Below are positions 9,379-17,452 of a DNA stretch of 64,000 nt, one piece after another (the first letter of the stretch is position 1; each line of letters begins with the position of its first letter). The position numbers and the translations under genes were made by a program. Where the stretch lies: assembly GCA_964627825.1 (NCBI GenBank), contig CAZVLJ010000004.1, positions 7,773 to 71,772 on the forward strand, read 5' to 3'. The DNA is from an uncultured Rikenella sp. (GTDB taxonomy: Bacteria; Bacteroidota; Bacteroidia; Bacteroidales; VadinHA17). Below the pieces are notes generated by a model. It saw only the letters and a program-made list of their open reading frames with translations. It searched no databases and had not been told where the DNA came from.

Positions 9379-12135
9379 GTGCGGAAAAGGACAGCTATCA
9401 TATTGGTCGGAATTCTTGCCGCAGCACTTGCTGTAGCTGCTTATTTTATCCGCAAGGACAAGCAGGTGGTGGTTATCGATCCCTGGGAGGCAGTGCCTGC
9501 CGATGCTTTTTTAATTGTGGATACCGATGACTTCCCCGAGTTGCTCACCAGTATAACAGATCCTTCAGGCATACTCTCCGGTCTTCAGGGCATGGGCTGG
9601 GCTGCGTCACTGGTACATTCAGCATCAGTAGTTGACAGTATCACAGGGGGCAGGGAGGTGCGTGAGATGATCAGCAACAGAAGGATGGTCATATCCTTTC
9701 ATATGGCTGCCCCGGGTAAATCCGCTCCACTGGCGGTGATGAGTACCGGAACCATCCTGACAGCCAGGAAGCTGACCTCGCTCTGCGTACAGTCAGGGGG
9801 GACAGTGGAGGAGAAGCGTGATCTGGGTGGCACGCGTACTTTTACCGTCAGCTACGGGTCGGGGAATGCCAGAAAGCCTCTTTACATTGCCCTCACCTCT
9901 GGTATAATGATCATTTCACAGAGGGAGAGCCTTGTAACCGCCGCCCTCGATAACCGGAATTCAGGTTCGGACGTACGTCATCAGCAGGGCTTTGCCTCTG
10001 TGGTCAACTCTGCCGGCAAGGATGCAGACAATATCTTCATCCTCTTCAGGAACCTGCCCGGCTTCATCAAGTCATTCATTGACGCTGAAAGGATTCCCGC
10101 CATCACTACGGCAGCCATTGCCGGGGGAGGTGATCTGAGAATAACCGAAGGGGGCCTGTACATCAGCGGTTTCCTCTCCACTGCCGGGGCAGGCACGGGT
10201 GCCGACCGCCTGAGTGAGGTGACGCCTGCCGAGTGCGGTGTTCACGAGTTGCTGCCGCGAAGCACCCTCAGCTATCATACTGTCATGAGACGCGCTTCTC
10301 TTGCCGGGGAGACAGCCAGGGATCCGGCCACAATCAATGCCACTGACCTGGCCCTGATACTCAGTCCCTTTACCGGTCCGGAGGTCACTGAAGCGCTGAT
10401 AACCGTCGGAGACGGCAGGGAAAGGATAAGGGCGTTCAGGATGACCGATCCCAGGGCAGCGGAGAAGGTGCTGCTGGAGAGACTTACTGCCAAATACAGG
10501 TCGATGGGCTTGAGAGAGAACCACTTCATGGCTTCGGCCACGCAGACTGACGGCGAGGAGTCAACCCTCTACCGTCTGCCATTCACCGGTGTGGCGTCAA
10601 TACTGTCAGGAGCAGAGAAGAGCAGGGCAAAAGATGACTGGGTGACTTTTGAGAGGTCATATATGATCTTCTCGGGTTCGCCTGAGGCGCTGGCAAGGGT
10701 TCTGAGGGAATCAGACAGTGAGAACACGTTGATAAATGATCCGGAGTTCAGGGAGATGGAGAAGAGCATGCCCACGAAGAGCTCGTTGCTCTTCTGGGCT
10801 TCCGGCAGCATTATTGGCACACTGTTATCAGAATACCTGACACCGGAAGCCGGGGAATCGCTGGACCATAAGGCGTTGTCAGGCCTTAGCGGGATAGCGT
10901 TAAGCCTCAACCCCAGCGGCAGGATGCTCTACACCAGCGTGTCAGTAAGACATGAGCCGGGAGAGAGACAGCCGGGGAGTGTGGCGGGAGATGCATCCAT
11001 TGCCGCCGGCGCGCGCCAGGCTGCAGCGTCTGACAATGATACTGCTGCATTGCGGATGCTATGGCGCGTGAAGCTTGAGGCGGAGCCGGTAATCATGCCG
11101 TTTCTGTTTACAAATCATAATACGGGTGCAACAGAGATTTTCATTCAGGACCGGAACAACAATATCTACCTTATCAGCTCGTCAGGCACAATACTATGGA
11201 AGGCTGCCATCAGGGAGAGGATAAGGGGTGATATCTTCATGATTGACTACTACAAGAACAGGAAGCTGCAGTTACTCTTCGCCGGTCATGATTATATGCA
11301 TCTGATAGACCGCAACGGCAACTATGTAGACAAGTACCCTGTAAAAATGAGGTCTCCGGCATCAAACACGCTGGCTGTGTTTGATTATGAGAGTAACAAG
11401 GAGTACAGGCTCTTCATGGCAGGCGAGGACCGCAATATCTATGTCTATGACCGTTCCGGAGCGCAGGTAAAGGGGTGGAACCTTTTCACCGCCAGGGGAA
11501 AGGTTACTGACCCGGTCTCTTTCTTCAGGGTCAGGGGCAAGGATTATCTGTTTGTTGCTGATGATCAGGCGGTGTATGTGCTTGACCGCACAGGTAACAT
11601 AAGGGTGGCACACCAGGAGCCGCTGATGAAAGCGGCAGGCTCGGCAGTCAGGCTGACCGGGGGCGATGATCCCGTCATAATTTTCTCAGCTCCTGACGGA
11701 TCTACAATCAGGTTGTTGTTCGACGGCTCGGTCAGGCGGGATACGGTTACAGGCTTATCAGCAGCACACAGGTCTGACTTTACGGACCTTGACGGAGACA
11801 GGATGGCCGATCGCGTTACGCTGGACAAAGGCAGCCTGAGAGCTTTTGGCAGCAACGGAATGGAGTTGTGGACCTACACCTTCGGAAGTGAACAACAGGC
11901 AGGGCCATATATATTCAGCATGGGAACGGGTGAGCGGAGAATAGCTGTTTACGAGGCCGGCAAGGGGTTATTGCACCTTACCGGCAGAAACGGCGCCTCC
12001 GTGGCCGGGTTCCCGCGCAATGCAGGACCGTTCTTCAACATAGGCAGGGTGACGGGCAACAGTACATGGAATCTCATTGTTAACGAAAGTGAGAATTACC
12101 TATGCAATTATGAACTGACAGGCGGTTCGAAATAA
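9379..12135 (+). CDS. membrane-anchored large protein of unknown function with C-terminal beta-propeller-like repeats
   Basis: Long ORF. Start placed at GTG 9379 ((M)RKRTAIILVGILAAALAVAAYFI) because a -7 box (9350-9357) overlaps the track's TTG start at 9355. There are 6 or more blade-like repeats in the last ~330 aa. Confidence 0.7.
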   Translation: MRKRTAIILVGILAAALAVAAYFIRKDKQVVVIDPWEAVPADAFLIVDTDDFPELLTSITDPSGILSGLQGMGWAASLVHSASVVDSITGGREVREMISNRRMVISFHMAAPGKSAPLAVMSTGTILTARKLTSLCVQSGGTVEEKRDLGGTRTFTVSYGSGNARKPLYIALTSGIMIISQRESLVTAALDNRNSGSDVRHQQGFASVVNSAGKDADNIFILFRNLPGFIKSFIDAERIPAITTAAIAGGGDLRITEGGLYISGFLSTAGAGTGADRLSEVTPAECGVHELLPRSTLSYHTVMRRASLAGETARDPATINATDLALILSPFTGPEVTEALITVGDGRERIRAFRMTDPRAAEKVLLERLTAKYRSMGLRENHFMASATQTDGEESTLYRLPFTGVASILSGAEKSRAKDDWVTFERSYMIFSGSPEALARVLRESDSENTLINDPEFREMEKSMPTKSSLLFWASGSIIGTLLSEYLTPEAGESLDHKALSGLSGIALSLNPSGRMLYTSVSVRHEPGERQPGSVAGDASIAAGARQAAASDNDTAALRMLWRVKLEAEPVIMPFLFTNHNTGATEIFIQDRNNNIYLISSSGTILWKAAIRERIRGDIFMIDYYKNRKLQLLFAGHDYMHLIDRNGNYVDKYPVKMRSPASNTLAVFDYESNKEYRLFMAGEDRNIYVYDRSGAQVKGWNLFTARGKVTDPVSFFRVRGKDYLFVADDQAVYVLDRTGNIRVAHQEPLMKAAGSAVRLTGGDDPVIIFSAPDGSTIRLLFDGSVRRDTVTGLSAAHRSDFTDLDGDRMADRVTLDKGSLRAFGSNGMELWTYTFGSEQQAGPYIFSMGTGERRIAVYEAGKGLLHLTGRNGASVAGFPRNAGPFFNIGRVTGNSTWNLIVNESENYLCNYELTGGSK

Positions 12136-12143
12136 TCAAGAAG

Positions 12144-13601
12144 ATGAAAAGAAAAATAATCATGTTGATCCTGCTGCTGCAGGCAGCAATCTTTATCCAG
12201 GCACAGTCAGGCCACACCCTCTGGTTCATGAATCTGCCCCAGGCCAACACGCTCAATCCTGCCCTGAAACCCGGCGGCAGGACTTATATCGGCCTGCCTG
12301 GGATAACCGATATCTCCGTGAGGATTGACAATAACTTCCTGAGCCTTTCGGATCTTTTTGCCGGGGGTGTCATCTCCGACTCCACGTACACCTTTCTTGA
12401 TGAAGGAGAGTGGTTAGACAGATTTCTTGAAGGCCTGGGCAATAACAACTCAGTTGAGCCACAGGCGGCCGTCAGGCTCCTGGGGATGGCTTTCACCGTG
12501 AAGGATGACCTGAGGATAACATTTGACATAACGGAGAGGGCTGATGCCAGCATCGTTATGCCGGGAGACCTGCTGAGGCTGGGACTGGGAGGTGCGCAGG
12601 ATTTCATCGGGAGATCAATTGACCTCTCCTCCCTGAGGTCAGATGTCAGGTATTATCATGAGATAGGAATTGGTGCATCAAAAAATATAACGGACAAACT
12701 GAGAGTTGGCGCCAGGGCGCTGATCCTCTCGGGAGTGGCATCAGCCCACCTGAATAACAAGGGAGTTACTCTGACCGTCAACGAAGATAATACCCACACT
12801 GTGGATGCTGATATTGCACTCGACTTCAGTGCACCGCTGCTGTTCATCACCGAGGAGGACGGCGCCGTGCATGGCATTGAGTTTGATAATGCCCGCTTTG
12901 ACAATACCGCAGATATTATCTCATACATGACCGCATTTGCTAATCCCGGTCTGGGTATTGATCTGGGCGCGGAGTACAGGTTCAATGAAATGTTTGCGGT
13001 CTCGGCCGCGCTGACTGACCTGGGATTCATCAAATGGAATCGTGACAGGACTGAGATCTCGCTGAGAAACAGGTTTGTGTTTAACGGGCTGACGATGCAG
13101 GATGTCTATGATGACAGCGTCGATTTCGAGGAGGAGCTGCTTAACTGGACCATTGACACTTTGCAGAATGCCATGGATATTACTGATCTTCCGGGAAACT
13201 ATACCACTTATCTGCCCACAACCTTTACCGCAGGGTTCGGCTACACCCCGGTGCCCTGGTTCACTGCGGGGGTTCTCTCACGGACACGTTTTGCCGGGAA
13301 GCAGGTACACCAGGCAGTAACACTCTCAGGCAATGTCAACCTGGGGAATGTATTCTCAACCACCCTGGCTTATACGATGGCCAACAGGAGGTATGACAAC
13401 CTGGGCTTCGGTCTGGCAGTAAGGGGCGGATTTCTTCAGTTCTTTGCGCTTGTTGACAATATTCCCCTGAGATGGACCGGGGTTACAAGAGGGGAGGACA
13501 CATTCAGGCTGCCGGAAAACTGGAACACCATTCACGCCCGGGCAGGGCTTAACCTCCTTTTCGGGAACAGGCAAGATGAAAAGCCGCTGCCTCCCATGTA
13601 G
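12144..13601 (+). CDS. probable outer-membrane beta-barrel protein, unknown function (possibly DUF5723-like / distantly PorP-SprF-like)
   Basis: Signal peptide MKRKIIMLILLLQAAIFIQAQ, alternating beta-strand pattern and a terminal strand ..RAGLNLLF. It starts 8 nt after the preceding ORF. Confidence 0.65.
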   Translation: MKRKIIMLILLLQAAIFIQAQSGHTLWFMNLPQANTLNPALKPGGRTYIGLPGITDISVRIDNNFLSLSDLFAGGVISDSTYTFLDEGEWLDRFLEGLGNNNSVEPQAAVRLLGMAFTVKDDLRITFDITERADASIVMPGDLLRLGLGGAQDFIGRSIDLSSLRSDVRYYHEIGIGASKNITDKLRVGARALILSGVASAHLNNKGVTLTVNEDNTHTVDADIALDFSAPLLFITEEDGAVHGIEFDNARFDNTADIISYMTAFANPGLGIDLGAEYRFNEMFAVSAALTDLGFIKWNRDRTEISLRNRFVFNGLTMQDVYDDSVDFEEELLNWTIDTLQNAMDITDLPGNYTTYLPTTFTAGFGYTPVPWFTAGVLSRTRFAGKQVHQAVTLSGNVNLGNVFSTTLAYTMANRRYDNLGFGLAVRGGFLQFFALVDNIPLRWTGVTRGEDTFRLPENWNTIHARAGLNLLFGNRQDEKPLPPM

Positions 13602-13608
13602 GCCGTGA

Positions 13609-14364
13609 TTATTTTGAGGATTCCTTAAGCTGCCGGGCCAGGGCGTTAGCAAAAACAAAATCGTTGAGCAGCCGGCAGTCCGACTTCAGTATCTCATCGC
13701 GGTTACCCTCCCAGCATTTTTCCCCTTCTTCGATGAAGATGATCTTTTCGCCGTTCTCCATCACGGAGTTCATGTCGTGAGTGTTTACCACGGTGGTCAT
13801 GTTCAGCTCAACGGTGATCTCCCTGATAAGTTCGTCAATGACGATGGAGGTCTTCGGGTCAAGGCCCGAGTTTGGCTCATCGCAGAAGAGGAACCGCGGT
13901 TTGAGGGCTATGGCGCGTGCTATGGCCACCCGTTTTTTCATCCCCCCGGAGAGTTCTGCAGGAAAGAGTTTGTTTGAGTCGATGATCTTCACTCTCTCAA
14001 GGCAGAAGTTTACCCGTTCGAGTTTCTCCGCTGATGACATGGATGAGAACATGTCAAGAGGGAACCTCACATTCTCCTCAACTGTCATGGAGTCAAAGAG
14101 CGCGCTGCCCTGAAAGAGCATGCCCATCTGTTTTCTCAGCTCCTTTCTTCCGCGGAAATCAAGGTTGGTGAAGTCAACGTCATCATAGTATATCTTCCCT
14201 TCATCAACTTCGAGGAGGCCAACCAGGCATTTGAGGAAGACAGTCTTACCTGATCCGCTTTTGCCAATGATAAGGTTTGTTTTTCCGGGCTCGAACAGGG
14301 CGGAGATGTCTGTCAGTACCTGCCGGTCACTGAAAATTTTTGATATATTCTCTGCTCTTATCAT
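13609..14364 (-). CDS. mlaF: ABC transporter ATP-binding protein, MlaF-like
   Basis: Walker A GKSGSGKT, signature LSGGMKKR, Walker B LFCDEP. 4-nt overlap with the upstream permease gene. Confidence 0.85.
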   Translation of the reverse strand: MIRAENISKIFSDRQVLTDISALFEPGKTNLIIGKSGSGKTVFLKCLVGLLEVDEGKIYYDDVDFTNLDFRGRKELRKQMGMLFQGSALFDSMTVEENVRFPLDMFSSMSSAEKLERVNFCLERVKIIDSNKLFPAELSGGMKKRVAIARAIALKPRFLFCDEPNSGLDPKTSIVIDELIREITVELNMTTVVNTHDMNSVMENGEKIIFIEEGEKCWEGNRDEILKSDCRLLNDFVFANALARQLKESSK

Positions 14365-15104
14365 GAAAGGAGGAGCTGAGTGAGGACGACGTTGAAGAGC
14401 AGTATGGTAACGCTGCTGTAGACCACCGCTTTGGTACTGGCCCTGCCCACCTCGAGTGATCCGCCCTCAACATGGTATCCCTGGTGAGCTGACACGGTGG
14501 TAATGATAAACGCAAAGATGACAGTCTTTATCAGCGAGTAGGTTATGTAATAGGGGATGAAGGCGTACTGTATGCCGTAGATATAATCCTGCGAGGTAAT
14601 TACCCCGGCAGAGGTCCCCACTATCCATCCGCCCATTATGCCTGTGATGATGCTTATCAGGGTAAGGAAGGGATTGAAGAGCACGGTAGCCACCACCTTG
14701 GGCAGGATGATGTAGGCGGCGGAGTTGATGCCCATAAGCTCAAGTGCATCAATCTGTTCCGTAACTCTCATGGTTCCTATTTCGGATGCTATATTTGAAC
14801 CTACTTTCCCGGCAAGTATCAGTGCCACAATGGTTGAAGAGAACTCAAGTATGATTGAGTCCCTGGCGCCAAGGCCAATGAGGTAGGTGGGATAGATTGG
14901 ATTTTCTGTGTTATAGGCTGTCTGCAGGGTGATTACCGCGCCCATGAAGAAAGAGATGATTGTGACTATGCCTATTGATCGCAGTCCCAGGTTAACCAGC
15001 TCCTTCATGGTCTGACGGTAGTATATTGAAGGTTTCTCGGGTTTGGAGAAGACCTTGCCCAGCAACATCCAGTAAGAACCAAAGCCTGAAAGAAATTTGA
15101 ACAT
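14361..15104 (-). CDS. mlaE: ABC transporter permease, MlaE-like
   Basis: 247-aa polytopic membrane protein with overall MlaE/Ttg2B-like sequence (..TMRVTEQIDALELMGIN..). Translationally coupled to the ATPase gene. Confidence 0.85.
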   Translation of the reverse strand: MFKFLSGFGSYWMLLGKVFSKPEKPSIYYRQTMKELVNLGLRSIGIVTIISFFMGAVITLQTAYNTENPIYPTYLIGLGARDSIILEFSSTIVALILAGKVGSNIASEIGTMRVTEQIDALELMGINSAAYIILPKVVATVLFNPFLTLISIITGIMGGWIVGTSAGVITSQDYIYGIQYAFIPYYITYSLIKTVIFAFIITTVSAHQGYHVEGGSLEVGRASTKAVVYSSVTILLFNVVLTQLLLS

Positions 15105-15122
15105 AGGGAACGTTTATGAGCT

Positions 15123-15130
15123 CAAATTTA
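15123..15130 (-). promoter_or_regulatory. -7 promoter box for mlaE-mlaF
   Basis: TAAATTTG on the minus strand, 18 nt before ATG 15104. Confidence 0.5.
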
Positions 15131-15181
15131 AGAATAATTCGCTGCACATGAGCCGGCGCCCTGTTTCCGGCGAGGTTTTTA

Positions 15182-15189
15182 TATATTTG
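15182..15189 (+). promoter_or_regulatory. candidate -7 promoter box for manC (long leader)
   Basis: TATATTTG, 123 nt before ATG 15313. The distance is longer than for the other boxes. Confidence 0.3.
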
Positions 15190-15312
15190 TGGCAGTTCTG
15201 ATCTATTATACATAATTATGAAACTCACATGTTATTCCGGCAAATACAGGTATGAGGGAAGCTTTATAGTCATGTGGGTTCCATGTGGTCACTAAAATCA
15301 AATTATTAACAT

Positions 15313-16398
15313 ATGAAGAATCGCTATTTACTGATCATGGCCGGCGGTGTGGGAAGCCGTTTCTGGCCGTTGAGCAGAAAGGAGACACCGAAGCAGTTCC
15401 TTGATATCCTTGGTACGGGAGAGACGCTTATTCAGATGACATATCGCCGGTTCAGTGATATCTGTCCGCCGGAGAACATTTATGTAGTAACAAATGAGGA
15501 CAGTGCAGAGGTTGTTGTGAGTCAGCTTGGCATTAATTCCGACCATGTCCTGGCCGAGCCTCTGAGGCGCAATACTGCACCATGCATTGCCTATGGCATT
15601 TTCCATATCATGGCTGAGAACCCTGCTGCGGTAATAGCGGTGACACCTGCTGATCACCTTATAAAGAAGGAGGACGAGTTCAGGAAAGTGATGGATGATG
15701 CTTTCAGGTTCGCCTCGGAGAATGATGCGCTGCTTACCCTCGGGATAAAGCCAGACAGGCCCGAGACAGGTTACGGTTATATACAGGCGAATACCATGCA
15801 GCCTGTCAGCGGTTATGATAACCTGCACAAGGTCAAGGCCTTCACCGAGAAGCCTGAGTTGGCAATGGCCAGGGTTTTTCTTGAGAGCGGTGATTTCTAC
15901 TGGAACAGCGGGATCTTCATCTGGAAAGCCTCAACCATTCTCGATTCATATGACAGGCATCTGCCTGATATCTTCCATACCTTCAACGATGGGAGGGAGC
16001 TCTTCAACACACCGGCGGAGAAGCAGTTCATTACCCGTGCCTATGCCCAGTGCAGCAGCATCTCTGTTGATTACGGCATAATGGAGAAGGCAGACAATGT
16101 ATACGTGATATGCACTGATCTGGGGTGGTCTGACCTTGGAACCTGGAGCTCACTCTACATGCATTCTGATCATGACAGGAATGACAATGCGGTGGTTAAC
16201 GCGCGCGCGTTTACATACAACTCTGAAGGCAACATAATCAGTCTTCCGGCCGGCAAGGTAGCTGTGATCCAGGGGCTGGATGATTACATTATAATTGACA
16301 GTGGTGACGTATTGCTGATTGTCTCGCGCGAGCAGGAGCAGGATATCAAGAAATACCTGGATGATGTGGGCCGGGAGACCGGGGATATATACCTGTGA
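15313..16398 (+). CDS. manC: mannose-1-phosphate guanylyltransferase
   Basis: N-terminal nucleotidyltransferase loop LIMAGGVGSRFWPLS and ..GYGYI.. motifs. At 361 aa there is no C-terminal isomerase domain. Confidence 0.85.
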   Translation: MKNRYLLIMAGGVGSRFWPLSRKETPKQFLDILGTGETLIQMTYRRFSDICPPENIYVVTNEDSAEVVVSQLGINSDHVLAEPLRRNTAPCIAYGIFHIMAENPAAVIAVTPADHLIKKEDEFRKVMDDAFRFASENDALLTLGIKPDRPETGYGYIQANTMQPVSGYDNLHKVKAFTEKPELAMARVFLESGDFYWNSGIFIWKASTILDSYDRHLPDIFHTFNDGRELFNTPAEKQFITRAYAQCSSISVDYGIMEKADNVYVICTDLGWSDLGTWSSLYMHSDHDRNDNAVVNARAFTYNSEGNIISLPAGKVAVIQGLDDYIIIDSGDVLLIVSREQEQDIKKYLDDVGRETGDIYL

Positions 16399-16449
16399 TA
16401 ATACACGATCTCGCATCCATTTATAAAATCTGGTTATGATGCAGGCAGC

Positions 16450-16468
16450 GGCGGGTCTGAGACCCGCC
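16450..16468. terminator. GC-rich hairpin between convergent manC and gldN
   Basis: GGCGGGTC-tga-GACCCGCC, an 8-bp perfect stem. Confidence 0.45.
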
Positions 16469-16505
16469 GGTACGGGGAATGATGCAGGAATGTGGTCATG
16501 ATACA

Positions 16506-16536
16506 GACAGCGGCAGGCCTCAGGCCTGCCGCTGTC
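16506..16536. terminator. strong hairpin between convergent manC and gldN (probable bidirectional terminator)
   Basis: GACAGCGGCAGGCC-tca-GGCCTGCCGCTGTC, a 14-bp perfect stem with a 3-nt loop. No clear U-tract. Confidence 0.55.
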
Positions 16537-16579
16537 AATCATGGATACAGATTATCTGCCCGGGAGGCAGATTATCCGC

Positions 16580-17434
16580 CTAGTATTCCCAAAGATCCTG
16601 TTCGAAATTGAATATCTCGTTTTTGATACGTTCTGCCTCGTAGATCTGGGCAGGACCCATCTTGTACTGGTTTATCGATCTGTCGTCATAGACATTTGAC
16701 TCAGCCACTATATATCCATTGAACCTGCGTTGCAACATAAGATCCTCGAAAGAGATACGCTGTGCGTCATTGTAGGAGTTGAAGGCCTCGTGGGTGGCAA
16801 GAGCCTGCCTGACATCCTCATACCTGATCCAGAAAAGGCGTCTTTTAACGAGCCTGGAGGTGATCTGGTCATAACCCATATAGATGGGGCAGATACCAAT
16901 GATGCGAACGTCAAGGCGTGAGTGCTTTTTGTCAAAGAACCACTCTTCAAGGATCATCAGCTGTTTGATATCAGCCGGGTTTTCCATGTTGGTGACGGTA
17001 GAGTCTATCTCCCGTCCCTCAGCGTTGATGACTGTGATTGTCAATGTATCACGGTTCATCTTAGCGGCTATATCATTATAGGTTGTCGGCACGGTCATGG
17101 CGTCACCGTCAGTGGGGGTGACTCTTCCTGACAGTATCTCATTGAGGAGGATACCTGACAAATTCATCCTGCCGTCAGACATCTCTGATGTGAACCTGTT
17201 ATTTGCCGCGTCGTATCTCAGTGACGGGTAGTAGAGGTTCAGGTTCATCTTCTCCCTCAGGTCAATTATGCGGTACAGTCTTTTTGACCATATGACGTCT
17301 GATTCATTCAGATAGGTATAGTTGACCTTCTGGTTCTCGGGCATCTGTTTGGTGTAGATGTCGCCGAATGACTGGGCCATTGCTCCTGTGCAAAACAGGA
17401 GGGCTGCGAAGCCTGCCAGAATTCTTCTGTTCAT
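16580..17434 (-). CDS. gldN: gliding motility / T9SS protein GldN (PorN)
   Basis: Signal peptide (..CTGAMAQS), 284 aa, last gene of the porP-gldK-L-M-N order. Family resemblance from memory. Confidence 0.8.
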   Translation of the reverse strand: MNRRILAGFAALLFCTGAMAQSFGDIYTKQMPENQKVNYTYLNESDVIWSKRLYRIIDLREKMNLNLYYPSLRYDAANNRFTSEMSDGRMNLSGILLNEILSGRVTPTDGDAMTVPTTYNDIAAKMNRDTLTITVINAEGREIDSTVTNMENPADIKQLMILEEWFFDKKHSRLDVRIIGICPIYMGYDQITSRLVKRRLFWIRYEDVRQALATHEAFNSYNDAQRISFEDLMLQRRFNGYIVAESNVYDDRSINQYKMGPAQIYEAERIKNEIFNFEQDLWEY

Positions 17435-17452
17435 GGTTTGTATCTTCTGTTG

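Noticed and set aside
9165-9530. 121-aa plus-strand ORF across the TonB-receptor start and the next gene's promoter
   Set aside because: It overlaps the receptor's signal-peptide codons on the other strand and runs through the -7 box, in a different frame from the long 9379-12135 gene. There is no supporting signal.
15218-15295. 25-codon upstream ORF (MKLTCYSGKYRYEGSFIVMWVPCGH) in the long manC leader
   Set aside because: There is no supporting signal such as conservation, a ribosome site or an attenuator structure. It could be chance in a 123-nt leader, and the promoter assignment itself is weak.
15328-15828. 166-aa minus-strand ORF
   Set aside because: It is antisense to manC, with no motifs. 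Shadow ORF.
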